Shown one piece after another: positions 12,309-24,790 of a stretch of DNA of 64,000 nt. Numbering within the stretch: the stretch's first letter is position 1; the number at the start of each line of letters is the position of its first letter. The position numbers were made by a program, and so were the translations under genes. Origin of the DNA: Callorhinchus milii (lineage: Eukaryota); assembly GCF_018977255.1 (NCBI RefSeq), contig NW_024704743.1:41046001-41110000 (forward strand), in the 5' to 3' direction. The notes under the pieces were generated by a model, which had not been told where the DNA came from, searched no databases, and worked only from the letters and a program-made list of their open reading frames with translations.

Positions 12309-14936
12309 TTCATTAGCTTGGTTTTATCTGCAAACTTAGAGGTCCCTTGTGGAACTCCAATGGTAACATTTTCCCAGTCTGATGACATTCCCTGTACCAC
12401 CACCCTCTGGGTTCTTCATGTCAAACCATTACATATCCACTGTATTATATTTCCACTGATTCCCACTTTCTTTAACTTCAGTACCAGCCTCTCAAGGGGA
12501 ACTGTATCAAAGGCCTTATTCAAATTCAGATATAAACATCCAAAGCCTTACCCTTATTAAGCTCCTTTGTCACACCATCAAAGAAAACCAGTAAACTATA
12601 TTGGCATGACCTCCCCTTCATGAACCTATATTGGTTATCATTTAAGATTTTATTTCTATTCAGGTGTTTTTTCCTTAACAAGAGTCTCCATAATTTCACC
12701 CACAATGGACGTCACACAATACCACACCATGTTTTAGAACATGCTTCAATCATTGCTTCACTAAATAGCTAGCCAATTCTCTCTTGAACCTCTTGACGCA
12801 AAATGTGCCTTCACCCTTTATCTATTTAATGAAGCCAATTCCATATCTTCTCCATTTTCTGAGTGAAGTAATTAAACCCGAACTGTTTGTTCACTTTCTC
12901 TCTTCCGAGCTCAGGTCTGTTGGCCCTTGCAGTTTGTGATTTTGTTCAACATATTATTATGATTCAGTTGAGCTATATCCTTCAGTACCTTGAATACATT
13001 AATTAGATCTAATCTGAGCCTTTCCGTCTGCTTCTGAATATTCCCAGTTTCCACAGCCTTTTCCGGTACTCAGTGTCTAAATCCAGTTATCAGCCTAATT
13101 ACCCCTCTCGATAATAATTGTAACACTAATAATAATAATACTTGCATTTGACATAGTACTTTATAACATCACTGTCTAATATGAGATTTCTAATGGAATA
13201 AGGTGCCCACACTATACACAGTGCTTCAGTTTTTGCCAAATCATTTCTCTGTAGAAGTTCAGTATCACTTCCAATGAATTTAGTTCTATCCCTTTGGCTT
13301 CTATTTTTACTGTGAAGTCATTTGAGAAGTTTTGAAGTTACAAAAGATATAAAAATGCAAGTTCTTCCTCTCTTTTAGTACAGTCCAAGATCTTGTTTGC
13401 TCATTTTACTGAAGCCCAGATGAGTACCAAGGTTGACCAAAATTGAATGCTATGACACAGTGGGGAAGTAGCACAGAGGAGTTTCCAAGCATGACAATGT
13501 GAAGAAGATGAATTAACACACACAGTTGAAGTGACACATTCACTGAAGTGCTCTGTGTTAATGATCGTATCTCTTCTGATAATAATTCAGTTTCAGCTTC
13601 ACAGATTAATGATTAAAGTAACCCTCTCCACAGTCAGGCTCGGCGACGTCTGCATAACAGTCGTTCCCCATCAGCACTCACCATTTAAATACAAATCATC
13701 AACATGAATTAGTCAAAAGTACAATGGGATATTAAAGTTAATCATCATTCTTCATAAATCATTTTTTGAAAAACAATAATCATAACTGTGCTGCCTTACT
13801 GTGTTGAATGTTTACACAGGTAATCATAAAATTAACCTGTTTCTTGAGGTTCTAATCAAATGTTTGTTGTAACTAAGAATCTGCATTAATTTAGGTTTCC
13901 TGCAGAAGTAAGCAGAATGAGGATCCAGGCATATTGCAGGAGGATGGCTAGTGGGCAAACAGTCCTAATCGATGATTTAGATAGACCTTGGAATCGGCAC
14001 AATCTTGGGTGAAATTTGCAGTTTGTATTGCGTTCGATGTGATGACATTGACAGCATTCTGAAATGTCATAAATTTCCAGCATTCGTTAAAGAAGGCTTT
14101 ATAACTGATTGCCGATTCACCTGTTTTCCTAGGGTTGGATGCTGCTGTGAAAAACAAATTGCCAACATCCTTTAAATCAGGGAATAGAGGGTATCAATTT
14201 AAAATAGTTAGCAAACGAGCAAATGGGGAGGGTTTTTTTTGCACACAGAGTAGATAGGATATGGAATGTCTGGAAATAATTCTGATATGCTACAAATTGC
14301 ACTACGTAATGTCATTTGTCATTGCATGGCTAAGATCCTGAGCTATGGGCATGGAGATGGTGGCAGTGCTCTCATGCATTCTTTGTTGAGATGTGGTGCT
14401 CACCAGGAGGCTCCCAGCAGTTCCTATTACATGCCATCCATCCAGTGAGAGCTCAATTGGCTCCAAGATGATATGCTTGCCAATGGAATGTTGGAATCGA
14501 GTCAGCCTTCGGTGGTGGTCTTGGTTGTCTGGTTTCTAAACCAGGTGGGTGCACAGAACTCCAGCGCACTGCTGTTGAGAGCTCAACCAGCCTGGCTTAG
14601 TGGTAGGACTTGGAAGGGCAGATTAGTCACTGGGGCAGAATTTTTCCTACTCAGCTTGAAAAACAAAACCCTAACAAATAGGGTGGTACTAGCAGGACAT
14701 CACTCCAGTTGCAAAAATAATCCTGTCAATGGCTAGCTGCACGGTTCTAGCTTGTTAAACTCCAGCAATATTCCAACACACACTCTGGGATCCCTAACCC
14801 TTGGCTCTTGCCAAATTCTTTGTGCCTGCACCTAATATTCTTTGGCATGAGATAAACAGGGAGAGAGTTTCACTTCCCCATTCTAGATACAGGAATTTCT
14901 ATTAGTAAGTGGGATTAATCGAACTTTTAATGGAAC

Positions 14937-15073
14937 GTACTGACGAAGGGTCATGGACCCGAAACGTTGACTCATTTTCCTTCCTCTATAGATGCTGCCT
15001 GACCTGCTGAATGTTCCCAGTGACTTGAGTTTTTGTTTTCAGTTTTCCAGCATCTGGAGTATTTTGTGTTTTG
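14937..15073 (+). mobile_element. Penelope-like pLTR-derived unit, single arm
   Basis: 10-bp TSD ttaatggaac (14927-14936, 15074-15083); same body as the copies at 12125, 16904, 29563 and 44207. Confidence 0.78.
14940..14972 (+). ncRNA. Minimal type I hammerhead ribozyme motif
   Basis: CTGACGA-A-GGGTC-atg-GACCC-GAAA-CGTT: intact core, 5-bp stem II, palindromic AACGTT stem III; the 5' side of stem I is truncated. Confidence 0.65.
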
Positions 15074-15608
15074 TTAATGGAACTTTTAATCTGATTTGGA
15101 TATTCCTAAGCATAGTGATGGGTTTCTGAATCAGCAACCGGCAGAACAACAACAAAATGACTGAGATCTCTGAAAGCTTTGCAATCCGACCTTTAATGAA
15201 CAGTCACCAGCAACATTAAAGAGAACAATCTGACCTCTTAAAGAGAAATGAATCCATCTATATTGACAAACACCTGAAAAGTGTAATTACTGCACGTCAG
15301 TAGCATTGTTTGAAAAAGTGCTTAAAAAGCAATCACTGTGAGCTGCAGCAGTCAGCTGAAAGGGGTCCATGGTGTGAATGATACTATGAAATCCCCATTC
15401 TGTGCATCTGTACATGACTTATAACCTGAAATGTGCCAAGATGGTTAATGGGATAAAAAAAAGAAACTCTGAACAGTACTTTCATACAGCAAAGCAACTT
15501 GTCAAGAGCGCATGTTCTGGGCAATTTTAGAAGTTATACTAGAAAGTATTTCTTTATGCAGAAGGTAATTGATAGCTGGATTGTGTTACCAAAATGGATT
15601 GTATAGAC

Positions 15609-15929
15609 CAGGACTTCCCAAACTTTCTGGGCTCAAGGCCCCCATGACATTAAGCATCTTAACTGAGGATCCCCACTTGGGCTGTTTAGGCTTCCTGTGG
15701 GGTAGTGAGGCATGACTGCCATAGGTGTTAGGTGAAAATATTCTTGGGTTGGGGGGGCTAACTAAGACTCATCAGGGCTGATTGGCCAATAGACTTCTCA
15801 GTCAAGCTGAGAATCTTGACTAAGAAGCTTCAACATCGCCCCCACCCCACCCGTATGTGTCTCCCTGCTCCGCGACACCCCCGGAAGTCACCTTGTGGTC
15901 CCCCAGGTGACCCCAGTTTGGAAAAAATG
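15609..15929. mobile_element. Non-autonomous hAT (Charlie-like) MITE inside an old CR1 3' fragment
   Basis: Termini caggacttcccaaact and agtttggaaaaaatg; imperfect 8-bp TSD gtatagac (15601-15608) / gtacggac (15930-15937). Confidence 0.65.
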
Positions 15930-16397
15930 GTACGGACAAACATAGCAGCCTCATTTAAGCAACAAAATAATGTGAAGATGATAGATGGCGTAATTCTTGC
16001 ATTTGATATAGTGCCCTATTTCGTCATTGAGACATCTTAAAGCCTTCATAAGACATATTGCAAAGTGGATTGACTGTATTTTTTGGACAAATGTGGCAGC
16101 CATTTTGTACGCAGCTATGTCCCACAAACAGCCATGGAGCGAATATTGTGAAACAGTGAGATTAAAACAGCCAAGATATCTTCATCCACCCATCTATATT
16201 GACCTTGTAATCTAATCCATGATGCTCCACAATGCAAGAAACCAATATATAAAAAGAGATAAGAACATCTGAAGAGACAGCGACAGCTACATTCTGATCA
16301 CACAATAACATTCCTTGTCTTTATCCACAGGCAATCCCATAATCTTTGCATTTAATAACATCTTTCACATAGGGATAACGTCTGTAGCCCCAAGGGA

Positions 16398-16770
16398 ATA
16401 ATGATAATAATCCTTCCATTTAACATAGCGCTTTATTACATCTTCAAGGCGTCTGAAAGCGCTTCACAGAATATACTGTAAAGTGAATTGACTGTTTATT
16501 TTGTGGGCGAAACACAGCAGCCAATGGTGCTCAGCAGTGTTCCACAAACAGTCGTGGATTGAAGTGATCAATTTTTTTTTAAAAAAGGGATTATTACCCA
16601 TGGTAAAGTGACCCACCAATCAACTGACATCCAGGTTCCTACTTACTGCTTGGTGAACAGAGGCATGTGGAATAAAGAGACTTGCCCAAAGTTTCGCCCT
16701 GCCTGGGTATCGAACCCAGGTCTTCTCGCTTGCGAGGCAAGTGCTCTAATTAGTAAGCTACAGTACTCCA
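16398..16770 (-). mobile_element. tRNA-derived SINE, long subfamily
   Basis: Reverse complement of the SINE including the extra ctgttcaccaagcagtaagtaggaacc block. Confidence 0.88.
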
Positions 16771-16903
16771 CATAATAAATAGACATTCTTTGTGAATATT
16801 TTTGAGATGTATAAATTTCGATCTGGTACTCTACCTGCCCCATTTAAGTGGAAGAGGTGTCACTTATGCACATTTAAATTGAACTACAACACCAGAATGA
16901 TAT

Positions 16904-17124
16904 GGGAACACTGAGCAGGTCAGGCAGCATCTATGAAGAAAGGAAAGTGAGTCAAAGTTTCGGGTCCATGACCCTTCATCAGTTCTAACGATGGGTCATG
17001 GACCCAAAACGTTCACTCACTTTCCTTTCTCCATAGATGCTGCCTGACCTGCTGAGTGTTCCCAGCGACTTCTGTTTTTGTTTCAGATTTCCAGCATCTG
17101 CAGTATTTTACGTTTTGTTTATAA
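16904..17124. mobile_element. Penelope-like fold-back unit with back-to-back hammerhead cores
   Basis: Arms 16904-16982 and ~16985-17063 are reverse complements; minus-strand core CTGATGA-AGGGTCATGGACCC-GAAA at 16954-16982; flanked by cagaatgatat (16893-16903, 17125-17135). Confidence 0.78.
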
Positions 17125-17799
17125 CAGAATGATATTGGTCATCTAAACTCAAGTCTTTGACTCTGAATGATAAAATTGCCTGTGATGTATCAAAGGAGCA
17201 GGACTTAATATGCAGCACATCCAGCTGTGGATAACCCCTAACAAGAAGAGTGCATGCTCTGTACCATATGGCAGAATTGACTTTTATGCGAAACGTAATG
17301 TCAAATGATAATTGCTACCGATAACACCTGAAATAAACTTTCAAAGTGACCAGAATCGCTCCTCCACCCCTTCCTCTCATGTACATGTTGTTGAGGCAAT
17401 AGCAGAGCAGGACACAGCATACATAATTAATGCCCAATTAGGTATTTTAATTGTTTGTAAGGCAACTACTAATTATGTGGTTGATGTCTGCCCAGCAGCA
17501 TCCGGTTGAACGTGTTTCTCCTGCAGCCCAGCCGTTTAACAGTCTCTGTGCATGCTGCTGCGAGGATGATTAATGACAAACCATCAACTTTATAAACTCA
17601 CCTCAAACATGCAGACATCCTGCAGCCTAAATCTGTAGGGCACCATTAACATACCATGAAGCCTGTTTGTTACAACATTCTCTGGTGCTAACTCCTTGCC
17701 CCGAAAGAGTTACTCTAACTCTAAAATATGGATGTTTCAATTGTTCCAAGTTCCCAGAAGCGCTTACTATTTACTCAAGAGATTTGAAAGCACCATCCT

Positions 17800-18135
17800 C
17801 TTCTCCATATCAATCTCTCCACTTCCTCCATTCAGCAGGCTCTGGCCTGCTGCACGGCCCTTGACCAGCCCACCCCACCATCGGTGGTCGGAATTCCAGC
17901 CTCTCTAGCCCTTCCCTTTGGAACTCCATCCCACAGTCCATTCACTTTGCTCTCTCCCTTGCCACCCTTCTCTTCGATTGTGCCTTTGGTCACCCATCTA
18001 CCCCCACCTTCCCTGCCCTCCACCCTTTCTGATCCCAAACCCCCTGCTCAGGTCCAAATTCTTGATTGTCCAGCGCCATGGGATGTCCTCCTGACATGAA
18101 AGTTGCTATACAAATGTAATTTGTTGTTGTTGTTT
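17800..18135 (+). mobile_element. L2 LINE 3' end
   Basis: 3' UTR gctcaggtccaaatt..ccagcgccatgggatgtcctcctgacatgaaag followed by (TTG)n. Confidence 0.85.
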
Positions 18136-19171
18136 CTTTAACAAGAAAAACATCCAGTAAATATCCTTTTTAATGTGGATGAGCATAGATACACAGACAC
18201 CTTACCTACTCCAACTCAAATCAAATCTATATCACATAGGAATGTACTCAAATATAATACCCAAGTGAAATGTGTCTCACTATTAAATATCAAATTGAGA
18301 GATTTTCTGTTTGTCTTTCTTAAATTTATACAGGATAACATGGATATCTCAGACGTACCTCTTTAGGAAAATGTTTCCTTCTCCCCCATTTCTCGTACAT
18401 TTGTATTCCCCTGGTGTTAGACTGTAATGGCAAGTTTCAGCAGCAATGAAACCAATTGCTTAAGGAATATTGTTCTCACATTGGCAGCATCAGTGATTAA
18501 AGCCCTAACAGCTCTGAGACTGACCTGTGGATCAAATAATTATGGTTTTCAGTAATTAAATTTCATATAATGTAATAGACAGGAATATTTAAGCGTCAGA
18601 TCTTCTTCTGGAAAAAAAAATCACTGCAGTTATGAATTATGTTTGCTAGATAACCTATGTGCTCACTTATACAATACACAGGAGTAATATAATAAGATAT
18701 GACGTCCACTGATATCCTAAGGTCTCCCATTTGAAGTTGAGGCACAAGTCCTCATTTCAGTGCTACATTTCAAATAGGATATCTGGCACTTCAATTGCAC
18801 TTCAGTGATCTCTTTAAGATTTCTATAGATGTCGGCTTCTTGGATCAGTAACCTGAGACCACACACATATTATAATATGGGCTTTAATATCTGAAAAGGT
18901 AAAATGATGTTGCAAAGCAACCATTAAAAGGGCAAAGTTATGAAGGCGGGATTCACTGGAACAGTTGCATAATAATCAAAGATAGTTTTAATTAAAAATC
19001 AAAGATATAACATGAAAATAATAACAAATGAAATGGGCTAAAGATCCACAAATGTTAGGATTCTAATTTGTAACATTTTCGTTCATACAAAATAATAATA
19101 TTGGTGATATCATTTGATTTGGTGGCTTATCACATCATCAAAGTATCTCAAAGCATGTCACAGGATTTTTC

Positions 19172-19480
19172 TGGATCTTGTAGCTCAATGTTTAGAGGAC
19201 TTGCCTTGCAAGCGAGACACCTGTGTTCAATTCCAGGCAGGGCGAAACCTTGGGCAAGTTTCCTTACTCCACACGTCTAATAATAATCCCTCCAATGATC
19301 ATTTTCAATCCACGACTGTTTGTGGGACACTGCTGTGTGCAATTGGCTGCCGCGTTTCGCCCACATATATACGGCCAATTCACTTTACAGCATATTCCGT
19401 GAAGTGCATTGAGACATCTGGAAGACGTGAAAAGTGCTATATGAAATGCAAAGATTATTATTATTATTATTATTTATTAT
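19172..19480 (+). mobile_element. tRNA-derived SINE, short subfamily
   Basis: Head, ttgggcaagtttccttactccac body and (TAT)n tail. Confidence 0.88.
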
Positions 19481-20029
19481 TGAATATATAAGGGTATGTG
19501 ACAGTCAGTGACCACTTATATCTGAGAGATTGTTGGCCAAAACAATTGTTGGCCTTCACTTTTCTTTCTTGCTAGCTAAGATGGTAGTTGGCAGGAGGTT
19601 GGTGTTGCGAGGAGGTCACCAAACATGATTGTAAAAACAGGGGGAAAAACCTTGATTTTTACAATCCAGGCCGAGTGGAATCATTAAGAGTTCAATCGCG
19701 TGCAGTGGGGGAGCTTGGATTTCCTGGGCTCGAGGATTCCCTTGGCAGATGGCCTGGTGCAGGGCCCCTGCCTTACAGGAGATTGGGGTTTGAAGCGAGG
19801 CCGAGCAGGGCTCAAGGACAACACCGGTATGGGGTCTGATGCCCCCAATGGCGACCAGATCCAACGGGGACCTGCACCTGTGCCATGCGCAGGCAATGTG
19901 GGATTCTCGCCTCGGCTGGTCCAAATTGCCTTTGGGGCGATTGCTGACTTTCCTGGTCAACATCCAACCAGAGATTGGCTGCCACATAACATCACATCCA
20001 CCCAACTCCATGACTCACTGGGGCTATAA

Positions 20030-21630
20030 CCCTCCCTCCCCATGATGATCCATGCCGGCGGACTGACCATGCCATGCTGACCTCTCCCCGTTACTCACAA
20101 ATATCATAAACCTCTCCCTGTCCACTGGTACCATTCCCACCCCTCTAAAATTGGCCATCATCACTCTCATCCTTAAAAAATCCTCACTGGACTCATCCCT
20201 GCTCTCAAGCTGCCGCCCCATCTTCAACCTTCCTTTCCTTTCCGAGATCCTGGAACGAGTTATTGCTTCCCAGCTTTACTCCTTCCTCTCCCACCATTCC
20301 CTTCATGAACCCCTCCAATCGGGTTTGCGTGCCACCCACAGCACAGAAACAGCTTTGATTAAAGTGACAGATGACATTTTGTCCATCTGCAACAAGGGCT
20401 CCCTCTACCACCTCGTCCTCCTTGACCTCTCTACTGCCTTCGATACTGTTGAACACTATCCTCCACCACCGCCTCTCATCTAACCTCAACCTTCATGGCT
20501 CTGGCCTTGAATAGTCCAGATCCTACTTTTCACACAATCTCTGCTTCATCTCCACAAAAGGTTTCTCCTCTAACCCACTCACCATTCTCGTCCGACGTTC
20601 CTCAAGGCTCTGTCCTTGATCCCCTCATCTTCAATATCTATATGCTTCTGCCTTGGTGACATGATCTGCAGACATGGTGTCAACTTCCACATGTATGCTG
20701 AAGACACCCAACTCTATCTCTCTGCCTCCACCCTTGACTCCAGGACCACTGCTGTCCTAACAGAATGTCTCTCGGACATCAAGTCCTGGATCAGAGCTAA
20801 CTTTCTACAGTTGAACATCAACAAGACCGAGGCCCTCCTAATTGGCTCCCGTCAGCGCCTCCTTACCTCAGGCACTAAGAGCATCACCATCCAAGGATGG
20901 ACACTCCACTTACTAAGCCAGACAGGAACCTTGGCGTCTTGTTTGACCCTTACCTATCCTTTCTGCACCACATCTGTGCCATGACCCACTCTGCCTTCGC
21001 CCACCTCCACAGCATTGTCCGGTTCTGCTACTCTCACAAACCGTAGGCTGCCGAAACCCTCATACATGCATTCATAACATCCACACTCGACTATGCAAAC
21101 TCCCTGCTTGTCAGCCTTCCTAAGTCTTCCCTTCAAAGGTGACAGGCAAATCAGTCAGAACTGTGCAGCCCATGTCCTTCCCGCACCAGGCTATCAACCC
21201 CTATCCTTGCCCAACTCCACTGGCTTCCCATCACACAGAAGATACAATTTGAGATCCTGGTCCTCACCTTCAAAGCACTCCATGGCCTTGCTACCCCCTG
21301 CCTCTGCGACCTTCTAATCCCCTACCAACCTGCTCGATCCCTCCGCTCAGTGGGCTCCAGCCTTTTTCACGTTCCCTGGCTCGCCCGTCCCACCATCGGC
21401 GGGGAGGGCCTTCAGCCACTTTGACCCCAATCTCTGGAACTCCATCCTGCAGTTCCTCCTCCTAACCCCTTCCCTTGCCTCCTTCAAGACCAATCTCAGG
21501 ACCCGCCTCTTTGATCGTGCCTTCGATTTCCCTCTTTCCCCCTTCCCTCCACTCTCCCCAATCGCGATCCCCAGCTCAGGCCTGAAATACTGAATGTTCA
21601 GTGCCTTGGAACATTCTCCTGATGTGAGGT
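20030..21630 (+). mobile_element. Degenerate 5'-truncated L2 LINE (RT to 3' end)
   Basis: RPIFNLPFLSEILERV, HSTETALIKVTDD, LLDLSTAFDTV, FHMYAEDTQLY; frameshifted. Confidence 0.92.
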
Positions 21631-22569
21631 GAAACTGCTGTACGCAATTGGCTGCCGCATTTTGCCCACAAAATATACAGTCAATTCACTTTACAGTATA
21701 TTCTGTGAAGCACTTTGAGACCTATCAAAGACATGATAAGGCGTTCTATCAAATGCAAGGATTATTATAAAGATTATCACAAATGTAATTGTGTTGTTTC
21801 TGTTGATGTTGATATCCACCTGAACAGGCAGATGGAACCTCAATTTAGCATCTGAACAGCAACTTACATTTCTAGCGCCCTTTACATGGAGCACTTCAGG
21901 TTGGCATCTCTAACAATACAATGATTTCCCGCCCTGCACTGGAGAGTCAGCCAAGAATGTATTATAGAGCACAAGAATTGAAAATGCTCCTCTGTTAGCA
22001 ATTGGCCACTGGTTAAAAACACCTAATGTTGGCAATAGGAATTTTTTTGTGCATCATGTTGACTCACTGAAACTGACTTCTGAGGTGATATCGGTTTGTA
22101 GCCTGGGTCTTTTGAGACAGCTTTAAGTATATGAAGCTCTCAGGATTGCAGTTAATATCACAAAGTGCTTTTTCCCCAGTTGCAAGGCATTATCAGTATT
22201 GCAACTAACCCATTCCAGAGAAGCACTTGATCAACCCCAATGACTGTATAAATTTCATGATAGTTTGCAAAAAGAAATGCATCATTTATAAAACTATTTA
22301 TAAAATAATGCATGTATTGTACTAAATAATTTGCAGTGACAATAATAATTATAATTTGCAGTATTTAGGAAACGTATGTAATCTTAATGTAATTTTTCTA
22401 TAAGTTATGTTTTCTCTTTGATCTAATTGAAAAGACATGCAGACTACCCACTCCCAGCATGAGAGCAGCACTAGTTGACTACCCATTCTGTTGCATGTAC
22501 ATTTCAATGGGAATGATATGAAAGGGTACAGAAAAAGCGTAGTGATTGGGGAATGCAATAGAGATGTTA

Positions 22570-22960
22570 GCTGGCTGAGTGGATAGCATTCATGCCTCTG
22601 AATCAGAAGGTTGAGTCTTCAAGTCCCACATAGGGACTTTGAACTCATCGAGCCTCAGATGACACTACAGAACAGTGCTGGAATTCTCTGTATTGTTGGA
22701 GTGGCCATCCTTCAGAAGAGAAGTTAAATCAAGTTCTTGTCAGCAAATTCAGAAGCACATTAAAGATCCCATGGCACTATTTGAAAAGAGAAGGGAGTTT
22801 TTCTCAGTTCCTGACTAACAATTCCACAAATAAATCAACTTCAGGGAGACTGCGCTCTACTAGAACATTTAGATTAAAAGCGGGCTTCTTTGGAAAGTAT
22901 TAGTCGCAATACTGTTTGGGGCAAATTGATTGCCATGTTCACCTAGATACAGTCACTACA
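22570..22960 (+). mobile_element. Deu-domain SINE
   Basis: gcctctgaatcagaaggttg head; taaagatcccatggcactatttgaaaagagaagggag core. Confidence 0.75.
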
Positions 22961-23590
22961 CATCCATGCCACGACCCGCTCTGCCTTCCCCCTCCTTCGC
23001 AACATGGCCTGACTGTGCCACTGCCTCACACCTCAGGCTGCCAAAAACCCTTATACATCCCATCATTACATGCCTTCATTGCTTGTCGGTCTTCTCAACT
23101 CTTCTTTCCACAAGCTGCAGATCATTCAGAACTCTGCAGCTCGTGTCCTCACCCACACCAGGCTCCATAACCCCATCACACCTACCCTCATCCGGCTGCA
23201 CTGGCTCCCCAGCCCTCAGAGGATCAAGTTCAAAATTCTCATCCTCACCTTCAAGGCCCTCCGTGGCTTTGACCCCTCCTATCTCTCCGACCTGCTAATC
23301 CCTTATCAACCTGTCTGCTTCCTCCGGTCAGGAAGATCCAGCCTGCTCCATGGCCCCTGCCTGGCCCACCCCAACATCGGCAGTCGGGTCTTCAGCCTCG
23401 CTGCCCCCACCATCTGGAACTGAATCCCACAGTATCTTCACATCGCTCTCTCCTTCAAAGCATGCCTCAAGGCCCTTCTCTTCAACCATGCATTCGACCA
23501 CCCTCCTACTCTCCACCCTCCCTGATCCCAATACCCCCACCATGACCCTCCACCTCCCTCCCGACTGTTCAGTGCCTTGAGACGTGTATT
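22960..23590 (+). mobile_element. L2 LINE 3' fragment
   Basis: KLQIIQNSAARVLT..LHWLP..RIKFKILILTFKAL. Confidence 0.9.
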
Positions 23591-24494
23591 ATATTGTACA
23601 CTTGATAGTAAAACATGTGAGGTGCTCTGAGATGTCTTTCTGGTGTGAAATATGCTATATCAGATTTTTTTCTATTTTACTGTTAGAGGTGAAACACTAA
23701 TTTAAGCTTAATAATCTCAATGTCCTGGTCCTATCCTGTCATTTTGATAACTTTGATAACCTCTTTCTCTTCCTGTGTGAAGATGCCTCCATGATTCTCT
23801 CATGAATTTGGCAACTCACAATGAGAGAAACTATCAAGATTACAACTACTCACTTAGTTGAAACTACCAACAAATTCCTTTATCACTCTGAGCTCAATCA
23901 AATTAACATATATCCCACAAGCATTATATATAACACATGTACTTCTTTTCCTTTTGGCTTCATGGAGAATTCTGTATTTTTCAAGGATTTTCATGCGTCT
24001 GTGGTGAAATCCCACTGGTCTGTAAATTTATTAATCTCAGAAATATGTTTTTGTTACTACTCGATGAACAAATACCAGCAACATCAGTAATTTAACTCCC
24101 AAAAGGTCTTAAGCACAATCCTAATGCACCAGTGTGCCATCTCTGTTGGAGCCTGTCTGAGTTGGACCATCAATTCTGTGCTAAGCATTTGTGCCCACTA
24201 GGAACTAGGTTGAAAATGCTGAGAGCCATTTGATACAGGACTCTTCAAGCTTCTAGAAAAATGAAGCTTTCAGCCAATCAATCAGACTGATGTTTAAACC
24301 CAAAGATGAAAGCGCATCGTTCTAACTCTCTGACACACAATCGTCCAACACAGTCAGTATGCTTAGGATTTACGTAGTGCACTTTACAGTATATTCTGTG
24401 AAGCACTTTGAGAGGTCTAGAAGACGTGAAAAGCACTATATCAAATGCAAGGATTATATTATATTATTATTATGTCTGCAAACCGATCAAGAAT

Positions 24495-24790
24495 AATAAT
24501 AATAATTATTGTATTTGGTATAATGCCTTTAATGTCCCAAATAGCTCACAGGATTTACTGTGAAATGGAGTGACTATATTTTGTGGGAGACTGCGGCAGC
24601 ACAATTGTGCACAGCAGTATCCCACAAACAGTCATTAGGCGAATGACCAATTTTATTCGGGGAATTGTTGGTCAGGATACCTGAGAAAGTCCCTTCTCTT
24701 TTCGAATAGTGCTATGGGATCTTTAACGTCCACCTTAACAGATACAGATGGGACCTCAGTTTAATGTCTCATCCAAGACTTTCAATGATG
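24495..24790 (-). mobile_element. Deu-domain SINE
   Basis: gtgctatgggatctttaacgtccacct..gtttaatgtctcatcc plus the shared tail. Confidence 0.75.

Larger units (their letters stand above)
10621..12712 (-). mobile_element. CR1 LINE 3' part hosting an L2 and a Penelope-like unit
   Basis: Minus-strand GVPQG..KFADKTKL and LQEDLNILGNWAYRWQMKFNVEK..KDLGVLIDNKLKFS; CR1-type tail repeat (aagaacataag) at 10621. Confidence 0.88.
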
